Shown piece after piece: positions 25,137-33,320 of a DNA stretch of 64,000 bases. The notes beneath the pieces are model-generated. The model saw only the letters and a list, made by a program, of their open reading frames with translations. It did not search any database and had not been told where the DNA came from. Each line of letters starts with the position of its first letter. Position 1 is the first letter of the stretch. The stretch is from an uncultured Actinomycetes bacterium (lineage in GTDB: Bacteria; Actinomycetota; Thermoleophilia; Gaiellales; F1-60-MAGs149). Position numbers and translations under genes: made by a program. Where the stretch lies: contig CAVRMM010000002.1 in the NCBI GenBank assembly GCA_963722525.1, positions 452,078 through 516,077 on the forward strand, given 5' to 3'.

Positions 25137-25919
25137 CTACGAAAGCCCTGCATTTGCAGGGCTTTCGGCGTCCTGGGGGGCGGCGTCCCGCCCGCGCCAC
25201 GGCAGGATCGGCTGGCCGGCCATCACGCGCGGCGCGAGGCCGGCGAAGACGAGGCCGATGGTCGCCCACAGGATCGTTTGCATGCCGACGGTCGACTCGC
25301 GGAACCGCCACAGCGTCGCGGCGGGGAAGTCGGCGGGGATCTCGTGGACGCCCGGCAGCACGAGCCCGGCGGCGAGGACGATCACGGCGTAGGTCGCGAT
25401 CGCCAGCAGCGTCGCCGTCGCGGCCCGGACACGCCGGGCGTACGTCGCGCGCAGCTGCACGGCGATGTACGCCGCCAGCAGCGAGATGACGATCATGCAG
25501 ACGTACAGCAGCGTCCGGCGGCCGATCGTGTCGGGGTCGCCGACCGCCGGCGGGTTCGACGGGTACTTGATGAACGGCACCAGGAAGACGACGACGAAGG
25601 CGGCGGCCGCCAGCCACAGCGCCGTCCGCGCCGGTGACGCCCGGCCGATCCGGCCGTAGACCGCTGCGAACGCGAGCGCGAACAACCCGCCGATGGCGAG
25701 CCCGAAGACGATGGCGGCGGTGAGCAGGCCGAAGCTCTTCTGCGTCGAGCGGCTGACCAGCGCCGGCTCGGCGGGTTCGCCGGCTGCAGTGGCCCTGGCG
25801 CCCTCGAAGGCGATCGCCTGGTCGACGGCCGACTCGCCGACACCGCGGGCGAAACCGGTCGCGAGGAGCCCGCCCAGGACACCTGCGATCAGGCCGCAGA
25901 TGAGGAGGTTCCTCAGCAT
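25137..25919 (-). CDS. cbtA: Cobalt transporter subunit CbtA-like membrane protein
   Basis: ORF 25137..25919 has multiple TM segments and FIKYPSNPPAVGDPDTIGRRT (the CbtA signature KYP.NPP..G). It lies immediately downstream of cbtB. Confidence 0.78.
   Translation of the reverse strand: MLRNLLICGLIAGVLGGLLATGFARGVGESAVDQAIAFEGARATAAGEPAEPALVSRSTQKSFGLLTAAIVFGLAIGGLFALAFAAVYGRIGRASPARTALWLAAAAFVVVFLVPFIKYPSNPPAVGDPDTIGRRTLLYVCMIVISLLAAYIAVQLRATYARRVRAATATLLAIATYAVIVLAAGLVLPGVHEIPADFPAATLWRFRESTVGMQTILWATIGLVFAGLAPRVMAGQPILPWRGRDAAPQDAESPANAGLS
25141..25166. terminator. Perfect 12-bp-stem hairpin (GAAAGCCCTGCA-TT-TGCAGGGCTTTC) between tRNA-Asn and convergent cbtA
   Basis: Read directly. It sits 7 nt after the tRNA 3' end and overlaps the last codons of the cbtA ORF on the other strand. 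Confidence 0.5.
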
Positions 25920-25923
25920 CGGG

Positions 25924-26151
25924 CTAGTGGCACGGGAAGCCGAGGAGGTGACGACCGTCGTGCACCCACTCGTGGACCTCGAGACCGGGGATCACGGCGA
26001 GCGCTCCCTGATCCACGGCGACGAAGTAGATCATCGCGAGCAGCGCGAAGCCGAACAGGAGCCAGGGCCACGCCTCATGCAGCGGCGAGATCGCCGGCGG
26101 GTGCGTTGCCTCGGGGAGCCGCAGGCGGCCCGCTGTCGTATCGGAGTTCAA
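25924..26151 (-). CDS. cbtB: Cobalt transporter subunit CbtB-like small membrane protein
   Basis: ORF 25924..26151 has one TM helix and the C-terminal signature HEWVHDGRHLLGFPCH. The only in-frame start is TTG at 26151, so the start is uncertain. Confidence 0.72.
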   Translation of the reverse strand: MNSDTTAGRLRLPEATHPPAISPLHEAWPWLLFGFALLAMIYFVAVDQGALAVIPGLEVHEWVHDGRHLLGFPCH

Positions 26152-26234
26152 CCGGATCCTCGCTCCGTGACCGTGTCGGTGCGGACGTTAGCGCGTCCGT
26201 CTCGCGACCGCCAGACGAGCCGGTCGGTGCGACG

Positions 26235-26861
26235 ATGTGGGACACCGTGCGATCGCTCCTGCTGATCCGGAACGCGTCCACCGCGGCCACCCGTGCTGCG
26301 GCGTTTCCCGCGGACGAGCCGCTCGACGATCGCGGGCACCGGGCTGCCGCCGGCCTGCCCGGGGCGCTGCCACCGCGGTTCGACGCCCTCTGCAGCCCGG
26401 CGCTGCGCTGCCGCATGACCGCCACCGCGGCCGGGCTGTCGCCGCAGATCGAGCCGGCGCTGGCCGGCTGGGACCTCGGCGCCTGGGCCGGCTGCTCGCT
26501 CGCCGACGTCCATGCCGCGGAGCCCGGGGCCGCCGCCGCGTGGAGGACCGATCCCGACGCGCGCCCGCACGGGGGCGAGAGCCTGCGCGACTTCTGCGGG
26601 CGGATCGCCGGCTGGCTCGACCAGCAGGCGCGGCTCGAGGGACGCGCCGTCGTCATTACCCACGGCGGTGTCATCAAGGCGGCGGTGGTGCACGCCCTCG
26701 GCGCCCCGGTCGCGGCCTTCTGGCACGTCGACGTCGCCCCGCTCTCCGTCACCGAGCTGCACGCCCACGACGGCCGCTGGACGCTCGGTCGCGCGAACCA
26801 TCCCGCGGCGCTGAGGAATGCTCCGCCGCCGCGCGACGTTCTCGCCCATGACCCGAACTGA
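26235..26861 (+). CDS. Histidine phosphatase family protein (CobC-like by context) with a non-canonical N-terminal motif
   Basis: This is the tail of ORF 26106..26861. It has PHGGESLRDFCGRI and VVITHGGVIKAAVVHALG. The usual LxRHGxT is replaced by LLLIRNAST, so the catalytic His position reads Asn. Confidence 0.68.
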   Translation: MWDTVRSLLLIRNASTAATRAAAFPADEPLDDRGHRAAAGLPGALPPRFDALCSPALRCRMTATAAGLSPQIEPALAGWDLGAWAGCSLADVHAAEPGAAAAWRTDPDARPHGGESLRDFCGRIAGWLDQQARLEGRAVVITHGGVIKAAVVHALGAPVAAFWHVDVAPLSVTELHAHDGRWTLGRANHPAALRNAPPPRDVLAHDPN

Positions 26862-26884
26862 CGCGAAGGGTGTGTCTGCCGATC

Positions 26885-27277
26885 ATGGCGATCTCGAAGC
26901 TCAACAAGAACGTCAACTCCGTCCAGGACTACGACGACGTGATCGCGGTGGTGGAGGGCTACGTCGCGGGCCTGAAGAGCGGCAAGGTGGACGACCTGCG
27001 GCAGAGCTTCCACGCCGACGCGACCATGTACGGGCACGGCCCCGACGGGCTGCTGGGCGGCACGATCGACAACCTCTACGGCTTCGTCGAGCACTACGGC
27101 AAGGCCGAGACCATCGCCACGCGCCTCGACGTGCTCGACATGACGCCGACCACCGCGGTCGTGCGGGTGACGATGGAGCGGGACGCGGCCGGCGCCGACT
27201 ACACCGACTACCACTCGCTGATCAAGATCGACGGCCAGTGGAAGATCGTCGCGAAGCTCTTCCACCTCTACGGCTAG
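26885..27277 (+). CDS. NTF2-like (SnoaL/lumazine-binding-type) small protein
   Basis: ORF 26870..27277, about 130 aa, has FHADATMYG...VRVTMERD...DYHSLIKIDGQWKIVAKLFH. This is the typical NTF2-fold pattern. Start is ATG 26885 or GTG 26870. Confidence 0.55.
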   Translation: MAISKLNKNVNSVQDYDDVIAVVEGYVAGLKSGKVDDLRQSFHADATMYGHGPDGLLGGTIDNLYGFVEHYGKAETIATRLDVLDMTPTTAVVRVTMERDAAGADYTDYHSLIKIDGQWKIVAKLFHLYG

Positions 27278-27281
27278 CCCG

Positions 27282-27464
27282 TCACGCGCGGCCCTGCCGA
27301 GGTGGGTGCGGCGGCACCAGACCGTCCTCGTCGAGCGCCAGCACCGCGCCGCAGACGGGGCAGCGCCCCTCGTTCGGCCGCATCGCCGATGCCGGATACT
27401 CGTCGGGAAACCGTTCCCCCAGCGGCTCTCCGCCGCTTCCGGCGCAGGTGCCTTGGTCGCTCAT
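27282..27464 (-). CDS. Small hypothetical protein with a CPVCG zinc-ribbon-like motif
   Basis: This is the MSDQGTC...RCPVCGAVLALDEDGLVPPHPP part of ORF 27282..27515. Third-position GC is high. No family was recognised. Confidence 0.35.
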   Translation of the reverse strand: MSDQGTCAGSGGEPLGERFPDEYPASAMRPNEGRCPVCGAVLALDEDGLVPPHPPRQGRA

Positions 27465-27590
27465 CCGTGCGTTGCCTCCACCATTTCCTGACCCTCTCAT
27501 ACGAGTACGAAACACTGCCGTCTGATAGGGCAGGCGGCGCGACGCGGCGCCTGCCGCGCACCCGGAGGCCGCGTGACGTAGGCTCCGCTC

Positions 27591-28160
27591 ATGCGCGGTC
27601 GAGTTCTGACGGCGATCCTGGCGATCTCACTGGTCGCGACTGCCTGCGGCGGGACGGACGAGCCCGCCGCGCCGGCCGGAGCGACGTCCGAGGTCGCGCC
27701 GGCAGCGACGGCGCCCGTCCCGACGACGCCGGTGCCGACCGCGACCGCCGCCGCCCAGCCCGCGGCGGAGACCACGCCGGCCGAGCCGGCCCCGCCGAAG
27801 CATCCGACGCTCAAGGTGGTCTCATCCGACTTCGGCAAGACGATCGCCGACGACGACGGTGAGGCGCTGTACCTGTTCGACGCCGATACGACGAAGAAGA
27901 GCACGTGCTACGACGCGTGTGCCGTCGCGTGGCCGCCGCTGCTCACCAAGAAGGCGCCGACGGTGTCGGCCGCGCTCGACCCCGGGCTGGTCGGCACGAC
28001 CAGGCGCACGGACGGCACGCGCCAGGTCACCTACAACGGGCACCCGCTCTACTACTACGTCGGCGACTCGCCCGGCGTGATCAAGTGCCAGGACGTCTTC
28101 GAGTACGGCGGCCGGTGGCTGATCGTCAAGCCGAACGGCAAGGCGAACCTGGCGGGCTAG
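27591..28160 (+). CDS. Lipoprotein of the COG4315 type (Yx(FWY)xxD-motif family)
   Basis: ORF 27591..28160 has the lipobox LVATAC, a Pro/Thr/Ala-rich linker, then GEALYLFDADT...CYDACAVAWPPL...QVTYNGHPLYYYVGD. Confidence 0.7.
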   Translation: MRGRVLTAILAISLVATACGGTDEPAAPAGATSEVAPAATAPVPTTPVPTATAAAQPAAETTPAEPAPPKHPTLKVVSSDFGKTIADDDGEALYLFDADTTKKSTCYDACAVAWPPLLTKKAPTVSAALDPGLVGTTRRTDGTRQVTYNGHPLYYYVGDSPGVIKCQDVFEYGGRWLIVKPNGKANLAG

Positions 28161-29524
28161 CCGAGCTCGAAGAAGCGCTCCAGCTCGCGATCCGTCACCA
28201 GCGCCCGGAACTCGCGCTCCTGCCACTCGCGGGTGTCCGCGAAGTGGTCGACGAACGTGTCGCCGAACAGCTCGCGTGCCACCGACGACGCGCGGAAGCG
28301 GTCGATGCCGTCGCGGAACGCGCCGGGGAAGGCGAGGTGCTCGGGCACCTCGACGGCGTACGCGTCGCGCTGCAGGGCCGGCTCGGGCTCGATGCGGTGC
28401 TCGACGCCGTACAGGGCCGCGCCGACCAGTGCGGCGGTGACGAGGTACGGGTTGGCGTCGGCACCGGGTGTCCGGCACTCGACGCGCGTCCCCGCCGGCG
28501 TGCCGGGGATGACGCGCAGGGCGCAGGAGCGGTTCTCGACGCCCCAGAACGCCGCGATCGGCGCGAAGATGCCCGGCACCAGGCGCTTGAACGAGTTGAC
28601 GTTCGGCGCCAGCATCAGCAGCAGCTCCGGCATCAGCCGCTGCATGCCGCCGAGCATGTGGTGCATCGTGGTCGACAGGCCGCTCGGACCGTCGGCGTCG
28701 TGCAGCAGCGGCGTGCCCTCGAGGTCGCGCAGCGAGAGGTGCAGGTGGCCGCTCTGGCCGTCGACCTCGTTCGACCAGCGGGCCATGAAGCTCAGCAGCA
28801 GGTCGCGACGGTGGGCGACGGCCTTGGCGTAGCTCTTGAACACGGCCGCGTCGTCGGCCACGCGCAGCGGCGAGCCGTAGGCGATGGTCGCCTCCATGAA
28901 CCCGGGGCCCATCTCCTCGTGCATGCTGTCGAGCGAGACGCCGAGCGACCGGCAGGCGTCCATGATCGCGCCGTAGAACTCCGCCCACGCCGACTGCCGC
29001 TGCAGCGCGTAGTACGTGGAGTGGGGGGTCGCGACCTGCAGGTCGCGGTGGCCCTTCGCCACCACCGTGTCGGACGTCTCGCGGAACAGCGTGAACTCGT
29101 ACTCGAGGCCCGTGACCGGTGCGATGCCCTGGTGCTTCGCGCGCGCCAGCACGCGGTGCAGCACGCTGCGGGTGCAGACCGCTGCGGTCTCGTCGGCGTA
29201 CTCCAGCTGGAAGAAGAGGTTGCGGCCGACCGGCTCCCACGGGATCACGCGGCACGACTCCGGGATCACGCGCACGAGGGCGTCGAAGTAGCCGGTGTCC
29301 GGCCCGCCGACGGTGGCGTTCGCGGCCATGACGTCGTGGTAGTCGAGCCCCAGCGTGACGGCCGGGACGCCCATGCCGTCGCGCAGCGCGCTCTCGAACT
29401 TGCGCCGCGACACGTACTTGCCGCGCAGCATGCCCTGGGTGTCCACGATGCCCACCGTGACGAACTCCGCGTCCGTCTCCTGCAGGACGCGCTGGGCGCC
29501 CTCGACATTCGTCACATCGAACAT
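28157..29524 (-). CDS. Glutamine synthetase family protein (gamma-glutamyl-amine-ligase-like)
   Basis: ORF 28157..29524 has GLEYEFTLF, HEEMGPGFMEAT, SGHLHLSL, NSFKRLVPG and NRSCALRV, the conserved GS catalytic blocks. Confidence 0.85.
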   Translation of the reverse strand: MFDVTNVEGAQRVLQETDAEFVTVGIVDTQGMLRGKYVSRRKFESALRDGMGVPAVTLGLDYHDVMAANATVGGPDTGYFDALVRVIPESCRVIPWEPVGRNLFFQLEYADETAAVCTRSVLHRVLARAKHQGIAPVTGLEYEFTLFRETSDTVVAKGHRDLQVATPHSTYYALQRQSAWAEFYGAIMDACRSLGVSLDSMHEEMGPGFMEATIAYGSPLRVADDAAVFKSYAKAVAHRRDLLLSFMARWSNEVDGQSGHLHLSLRDLEGTPLLHDADGPSGLSTTMHHMLGGMQRLMPELLLMLAPNVNSFKRLVPGIFAPIAAFWGVENRSCALRVIPGTPAGTRVECRTPGADANPYLVTAALVGAALYGVEHRIEPEPALQRDAYAVEVPEHLAFPGAFRDGIDRFRASSVARELFGDTFVDHFADTREWQEREFRALVTDRELERFFELG

Positions 29525-29575
29525 GGCCCGGGAGCATACGGGGATCGTCGCCCGCCCAATGGTGGGCCCGCTCGC

Positions 29576-30385
29576 TCAGGGATCGCGGCCCGCGGCCCGG
29601 TGGAACGCGATCGCGCTGGCCGCGGCGACGTTGAGCGAGTCGACGCCGGGCGCCATCGGGATCCGCACGCGCAGGTCGCTCGCCGCCAGCGCGCCGGCGC
29701 TCAACCCGGGGCCCTCAGCGCCCAGCAGCAGCGCCAGACGGCCGGTCGCCGGCAGCCGGTCGATCGGCACCGTGTCGTCGCCCGGCGTCAGTGCGGCAAC
29801 GGTGAAGCCGGCCGCGCGCGCGTCGGCGAGCGCGTCGGGCCACGACCGCGCGCGTGCCCACGGCGTCGTCAGCACGTGGCCCATCGACACGCGGATCGAC
29901 CGTCGGCCGAACGGGTCGGCGGTGCGCGGGTCGAGCAGCACGCCGTCGAGGCCGAACGCGGCCGCGTTGCGGAAGATCGAGCCGAGGTTCTCGATGTCGC
30001 CGACGCCCTCCAGCACCGCGATCCGCGTCGCGCCCGCCAGGAGCCCGGCCTCGTCGACGCCGTCGTCGCGGTCGGCCGACGCGATGGCGCCGCGGTGGAA
30101 GGCGTAGCCGACGGTGGCCTCGATCAGCTCGCGCGTGCCGAGGTAGACGGGCGCGTCGAGATCGTCCAGCACGTCCGCCAGGGCCGTGCGCTGCGGTGCG
30201 TCGACCAGCACGGCGCGCACCCGGCGGCCCGACCGGATCAGCCGGCGCACCGCGTAGGCGCCCTCCACGATCAGGTAGCCGGCGTCGCGCGCGGCCTGCT
30301 CCAGCTCGCGCCGCCGCAACCGCGGGTCGTCGCCCGCGAAGTCGCTCAGCCGCGGATCGGCGGGATCGTCGACCGGTCGTGCCAT
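29576..30385 (-). CDS. TrmH/SpoU family RNA 2'-O-methyltransferase
   Basis: ORF 29576..30385 has VLEGVGDIENLGSIFRNAAAFG, LLLGAEGPGLS and IPMAPGVDSLNVAAASAIAFH (SpoU motifs 1-3). Confidence 0.85.
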   Translation of the reverse strand: MARPVDDPADPRLSDFAGDDPRLRRRELEQAARDAGYLIVEGAYAVRRLIRSGRRVRAVLVDAPQRTALADVLDDLDAPVYLGTRELIEATVGYAFHRGAIASADRDDGVDEAGLLAGATRIAVLEGVGDIENLGSIFRNAAAFGLDGVLLDPRTADPFGRRSIRVSMGHVLTTPWARARSWPDALADARAAGFTVAALTPGDDTVPIDRLPATGRLALLLGAEGPGLSAGALAASDLRVRIPMAPGVDSLNVAAASAIAFHRAAGRDP

Positions 30386-30414
30386 CCCGGCATGGTGGCG
30401 TAGGATTGGCGGCC

Positions 30415-30765
30415 ATGAGCGATATCGAGCGACTGCACACGAACAGCCGGATGAGCCAGGCGGTCATCCACGGCGACACCGTCTACCTGGCCGGCCAGGT
30501 CGCGGCCGACAACTCCGCCGACGTGGCGGGCCAGACGAAGCAGATCCTGCAGCAGATCGACAGCCTGCTGGCCGAGTCGGGCAGCGACAAGACGAAGATC
30601 CTGATGGCCACCATCTGGCTGTCCGACATCGGCGCGTTCGACCAGATGAACGGCGAGTGGGACGCCTGGGTGCCCGAGGGCCACACGCCGGCCCGCGCGT
30701 GCGTGGAGTCGAAGCTCGCAACCGACGCCTACAAGGTCGAGATCCGGGTCGTCGCGGGGCGGTAG
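30415..30765 (+). CDS. RidA (YjgF/YER057c/UK114) family protein
   Basis: This is the tail of ORF 29854..30765: VYLAGQVA...QTKQIL.QID..L...GSDK..IL.ATIWL.D...F..MN..W..W.....PAR.CVE..L. It is a 116-aa protein. Confidence 0.82.
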   Translation: MSDIERLHTNSRMSQAVIHGDTVYLAGQVAADNSADVAGQTKQILQQIDSLLAESGSDKTKILMATIWLSDIGAFDQMNGEWDAWVPEGHTPARACVESKLATDAYKVEIRVVAGR

Positions 30766-30774
30766 GCTACGACC

Positions 30775-31566
30775 ATGGCCGCTACCGAACAGGCACTGAG
30801 GGTCAACCGCCAGCACATGCCCTTCGAGCTCGACGGCGGTGTCGCGCCGCGGGCTGCGATCGGCCTGATCGTGCTCGCGACCGACAACACGATCGAGCAC
30901 GAGTTCCGGCAGATCGTCCCGCGGGTCGCGGGCGCCGCGGTGTTCCACACCCGGATCCTGAACGACCCCGACATCAATCCCGTGACGCTCCGGGCGATGG
31001 AGGCGCGCCTCGCCGACTGCAGCCGCACGCTGCGGCCGGGCGAGCGCATCGACGTGGTCGCCTACGGCTGCACGTCGGCGTCGATGGTGATCGGCCCGGC
31101 CGGCGTCGCCGCCCGCGTGCACGAGGGCCGGCCCGACGTGCCGGTGACGAACCCGGTCAGCGCCGCCGTGACGGGCCTCGGGGCGATGGGGGCGAAGCGC
31201 ATCGCGCTGCTGACGCCGTACATCGACGAGGTCAACCAGGGCATGCGCAACTTCTTCGTCGGCCAGGGCCTCGAGGTGCCGGTGATGGGCTCGTTCAACC
31301 ATGCGGACGACAACGAGGTGGCGCGGATCTCCGAGGCGTCGATCGAGGACGCGCTGGTCGAACTGGGGTCGAACGACGACGTCGACGGCGTGTTCATCTC
31401 GTGCACCAGCCTGCGCGTCTGCGGCATCGTGGAGCGCGCCGAGGAGCGCCTCGGCAAGCCCATCACCTCGTCCAACCACGCCCTTGCATGGCACGCGCTG
31501 CGGCTCGCCGGCGTCGACGAGCAGCTGGACGGGCTCGGGCGCCTCTTCCGCACGCCGCTGCCGTGA
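30775..31566 (+). CDS. Asp/Glu/hydantoin-racemase superfamily protein (maleate cis-trans isomerase / arylmalonate decarboxylase-like)
   Basis: ORF 30775..31566 has IGLIVLATDNTIEHEF, VVAYGCTSAS (first catalytic Cys), RIALLTPY and VFISCTSLR (second Cys). Confidence 0.72.
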   Translation: MAATEQALRVNRQHMPFELDGGVAPRAAIGLIVLATDNTIEHEFRQIVPRVAGAAVFHTRILNDPDINPVTLRAMEARLADCSRTLRPGERIDVVAYGCTSASMVIGPAGVAARVHEGRPDVPVTNPVSAAVTGLGAMGAKRIALLTPYIDEVNQGMRNFFVGQGLEVPVMGSFNHADDNEVARISEASIEDALVELGSNDDVDGVFISCTSLRVCGIVERAEERLGKPITSSNHALAWHALRLAGVDEQLDGLGRLFRTPLP

Positions 31567-32067
31567 CCGGCGGCGGCGTCGAGATCGAGCGCAAGTACCT
31601 GCTGCCCGGGCCGCCGCCCGCGCGGGTGCTCGAGTCGGCGACGGCGTACGAGATCGACCAGACCTACCTCGGCGCCGGTGACGGCTCGCGACGCCTGCGC
31701 CGGCGCGTGGGGCCCGACGGCGAGCGCTTCTGGCTGACCGAGAAGCACGCGCGGGGCGGCATCACTCGCTCCGAGGACGAGCGCGAGCTCGACGCCGACG
31801 AGTACCGCGAGCTGCTCGGGGAGGCCGATCCGCAGTCGGGCACGGTCGTCAAGACGCGCCACGTCATCGAGCACGGCACGCAGCTGATCGAGGTCGACGT
31901 GTTCGCGGCGCCGGCCGGGCTGGTGCTGCTCGAGGTCGAGCTGGAGTCGGAGGACGAGGCGGTCGAGCTGCCCGCGTGGGCGGCGGGCGCCGTCGACGTC
32001 TCGGAGGACGGCACGTACACGAACGCCGCGATCGCGCGCGCAGCTCGGCCCCGACCGCGACCGTTAG
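31563..32067 (+). CDS. CYTH domain protein (triphosphate tunnel metalloenzyme); 3' end inferred
   Basis: The EIERKYLL start motif and LLEVELESE are in the frame of ORF 30657..32732, with a GTGA overlap with the upstream stop. As given, the frame has no stop until 32732 and runs antisense through the next gene. A +1 insertion in the GCGCGCG run at about 32036-32040 would place TAG 32065-32067 in frame (...AAIAR|AQLGPDRDR*). Confidence 0.6.
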
Positions 32068-32192
32068 GCGCGCGGTTCCGCGCGGAAGGCGCCTGGGGCG
32101 ACAGATCCGGTGCCTGGCACCGAATTTGCGCGGATGGCACGGACGCGTTCGAGGTGCGGTGCCTTCTGGGACGCTCCGCGCGCGACCCGGTA

Positions 32193-32717
32193 CTAGGTGG
32201 TCGCCGAGGCGAACCTGCCGTGGTGGAAGATCAGCGGCGCCGCGTCGGTGGACTCGGCCGCCGACACGAACCCCGTGAAGATCACGTGGTCGCCGCCCGG
32301 CAGCAGCGAGTGCAGCGTGCAGTCGAGATAGCCGACCGCGCCGGCGATGCGCGGGTGGCCCAGCGGACCCGGCTCCCAGTCGATCTCGGCGAACTTGTCG
32401 CCGTCCTTGCGGGCCAGGGCGCGGCAGACACCCTCCTGGTCGGCGGCCAGGAAGTTGATCGTGAACGCGCCGGCGGCGACCAGGATCGGCCGTGTGCGCG
32501 AGGTGCGCGCGGCGCACACGAGCACCAGCGGCGGCTCCAGCGACAACGACGAGAAGGCGTTGGCCGCGAACCCGTACGGCTGCTCGTCGTGGACGACGGT
32601 GATCGCGGCGACGCCGGTGGGGAAGACGCCGGCGACCGTCCGGAGCACGTCGGGGGCAACTGCGGTGACGGGTTCGAGTGGCTCCCCGTCGGGCCAGTGC
32701 TGTTCATCGCCTCGCAT
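32193..32717 (-). CDS. Flavin reductase (HpaC/NtaB-like, two-component monooxygenase partner)
   Basis: ORF 32193..32771 from MRGDEQHW has FPTGVAAITV, GFAANAFSSLSLEPPLVLVC and INFLAADQ. It is divergent from the GntR/LLM operon. Confidence 0.8.
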   Translation of the reverse strand: MRGDEQHWPDGEPLEPVTAVAPDVLRTVAGVFPTGVAAITVVHDEQPYGFAANAFSSLSLEPPLVLVCAARTSRTRPILVAAGAFTINFLAADQEGVCRALARKDGDKFAEIDWEPGPLGHPRIAGAVGYLDCTLHSLLPGGDHVIFTGFVSAAESTDAAPLIFHHGRFASATT

Positions 32718-32720
32718 GGT

Positions 32721-32751
32721 CTTGCATGGTAGCCTGCTTCTACCATGCAAG
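32721..32751. promoter_or_regulatory. Perfect 12-bp inverted repeat CTTGCATGGTAG-N7-CTACCATGCAAG; candidate GntR operator
   Basis: Read directly. It fills the 27-bp gap between the two divergent start codons (CAT 32715-32717 and ATG 32745-32747). The right arm contains the GntR ATG. An extra GCATGGT half-site lies at 32714-32720. The core TGGTAG...CTACCA resembles the GT-N-AC type sites used by GntR/FadR regulators. Confidence 0.5.
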
Positions 32752-33320
32752 CCAGGGAAGCCAGCCTCCAATCGCGTGTCGCCGCACAGATCCGCGAGGG
32801 AATCGTGACCGGTGACTACGCCGCGGGCACCGGGCTCTCAGAGGTCACCCTCTCCGGTGAGCTGGGCGTCTCCCGCACGCCGGTGCGCGAGGCGCTGAAG
32901 CAGCTGGCGACCGAGGGGCTGGTCGAGATCGTGCCGCGGGTCGGGACCTTCGTGGCCACGCCGACGCGCCGCGACATCAACGAGCTGTACGGCCTGAAGG
33001 AGATCTTCGAGGGCTGCGCGGCCGGACTGCTCGCGCCCCGCGGCGACGACGAGGCGATCGCGCTGCTGGCCGAGTGCGTCGACGACGGCCCGCGGTTTGC
33101 GGAGCGGCTCGTCGAGGCGGCCGACTCGGCGAAACTGGCGCTGACGTATCGCTGGCACATGAACCTGCTCGCCTCGCACGAGCCCCCCGACCGAGGTGCC
33201 CAGGCGGTCGCGGAGCTCGAGGTGGTGCTGGAGCGGCTCCGCGCGAGGGATGCGCACGGCGCCGAGCACGCGATGCGAGACCATGTCCGGGCCGACCTGA
33301 GAGCACTGATGCAACGATGA
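32745..33320 (+). CDS. GntR family (FadR/FCD-type) transcriptional regulator
   Basis: ORF 32745..33320 has the winged HTH LSEVTLSGELGVSRTPVREALKQLATEGLVEIVPRVGTFV plus a helical C-terminal domain. Its stop overlaps the next ATG (ATGA). Confidence 0.85.
   Translation: MQAREASLQSRVAAQIREGIVTGDYAAGTGLSEVTLSGELGVSRTPVREALKQLATEGLVEIVPRVGTFVATPTRRDINELYGLKEIFEGCAAGLLAPRGDDEAIALLAECVDDGPRFAERLVEAADSAKLALTYRWHMNLLASHEPPDRGAQAVAELEVVLERLRARDAHGAEHAMRDHVRADLRALMQR

Noticed and set aside
26152-26400. A cobalamin riboswitch upstream of cbtB
   Set aside because: No B12 box (GCCACTG) or recognisable conserved core was seen on the cbtB strand, and the interval is largely occupied by the divergent phosphatase gene. 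A covariance-model search could still overturn this.
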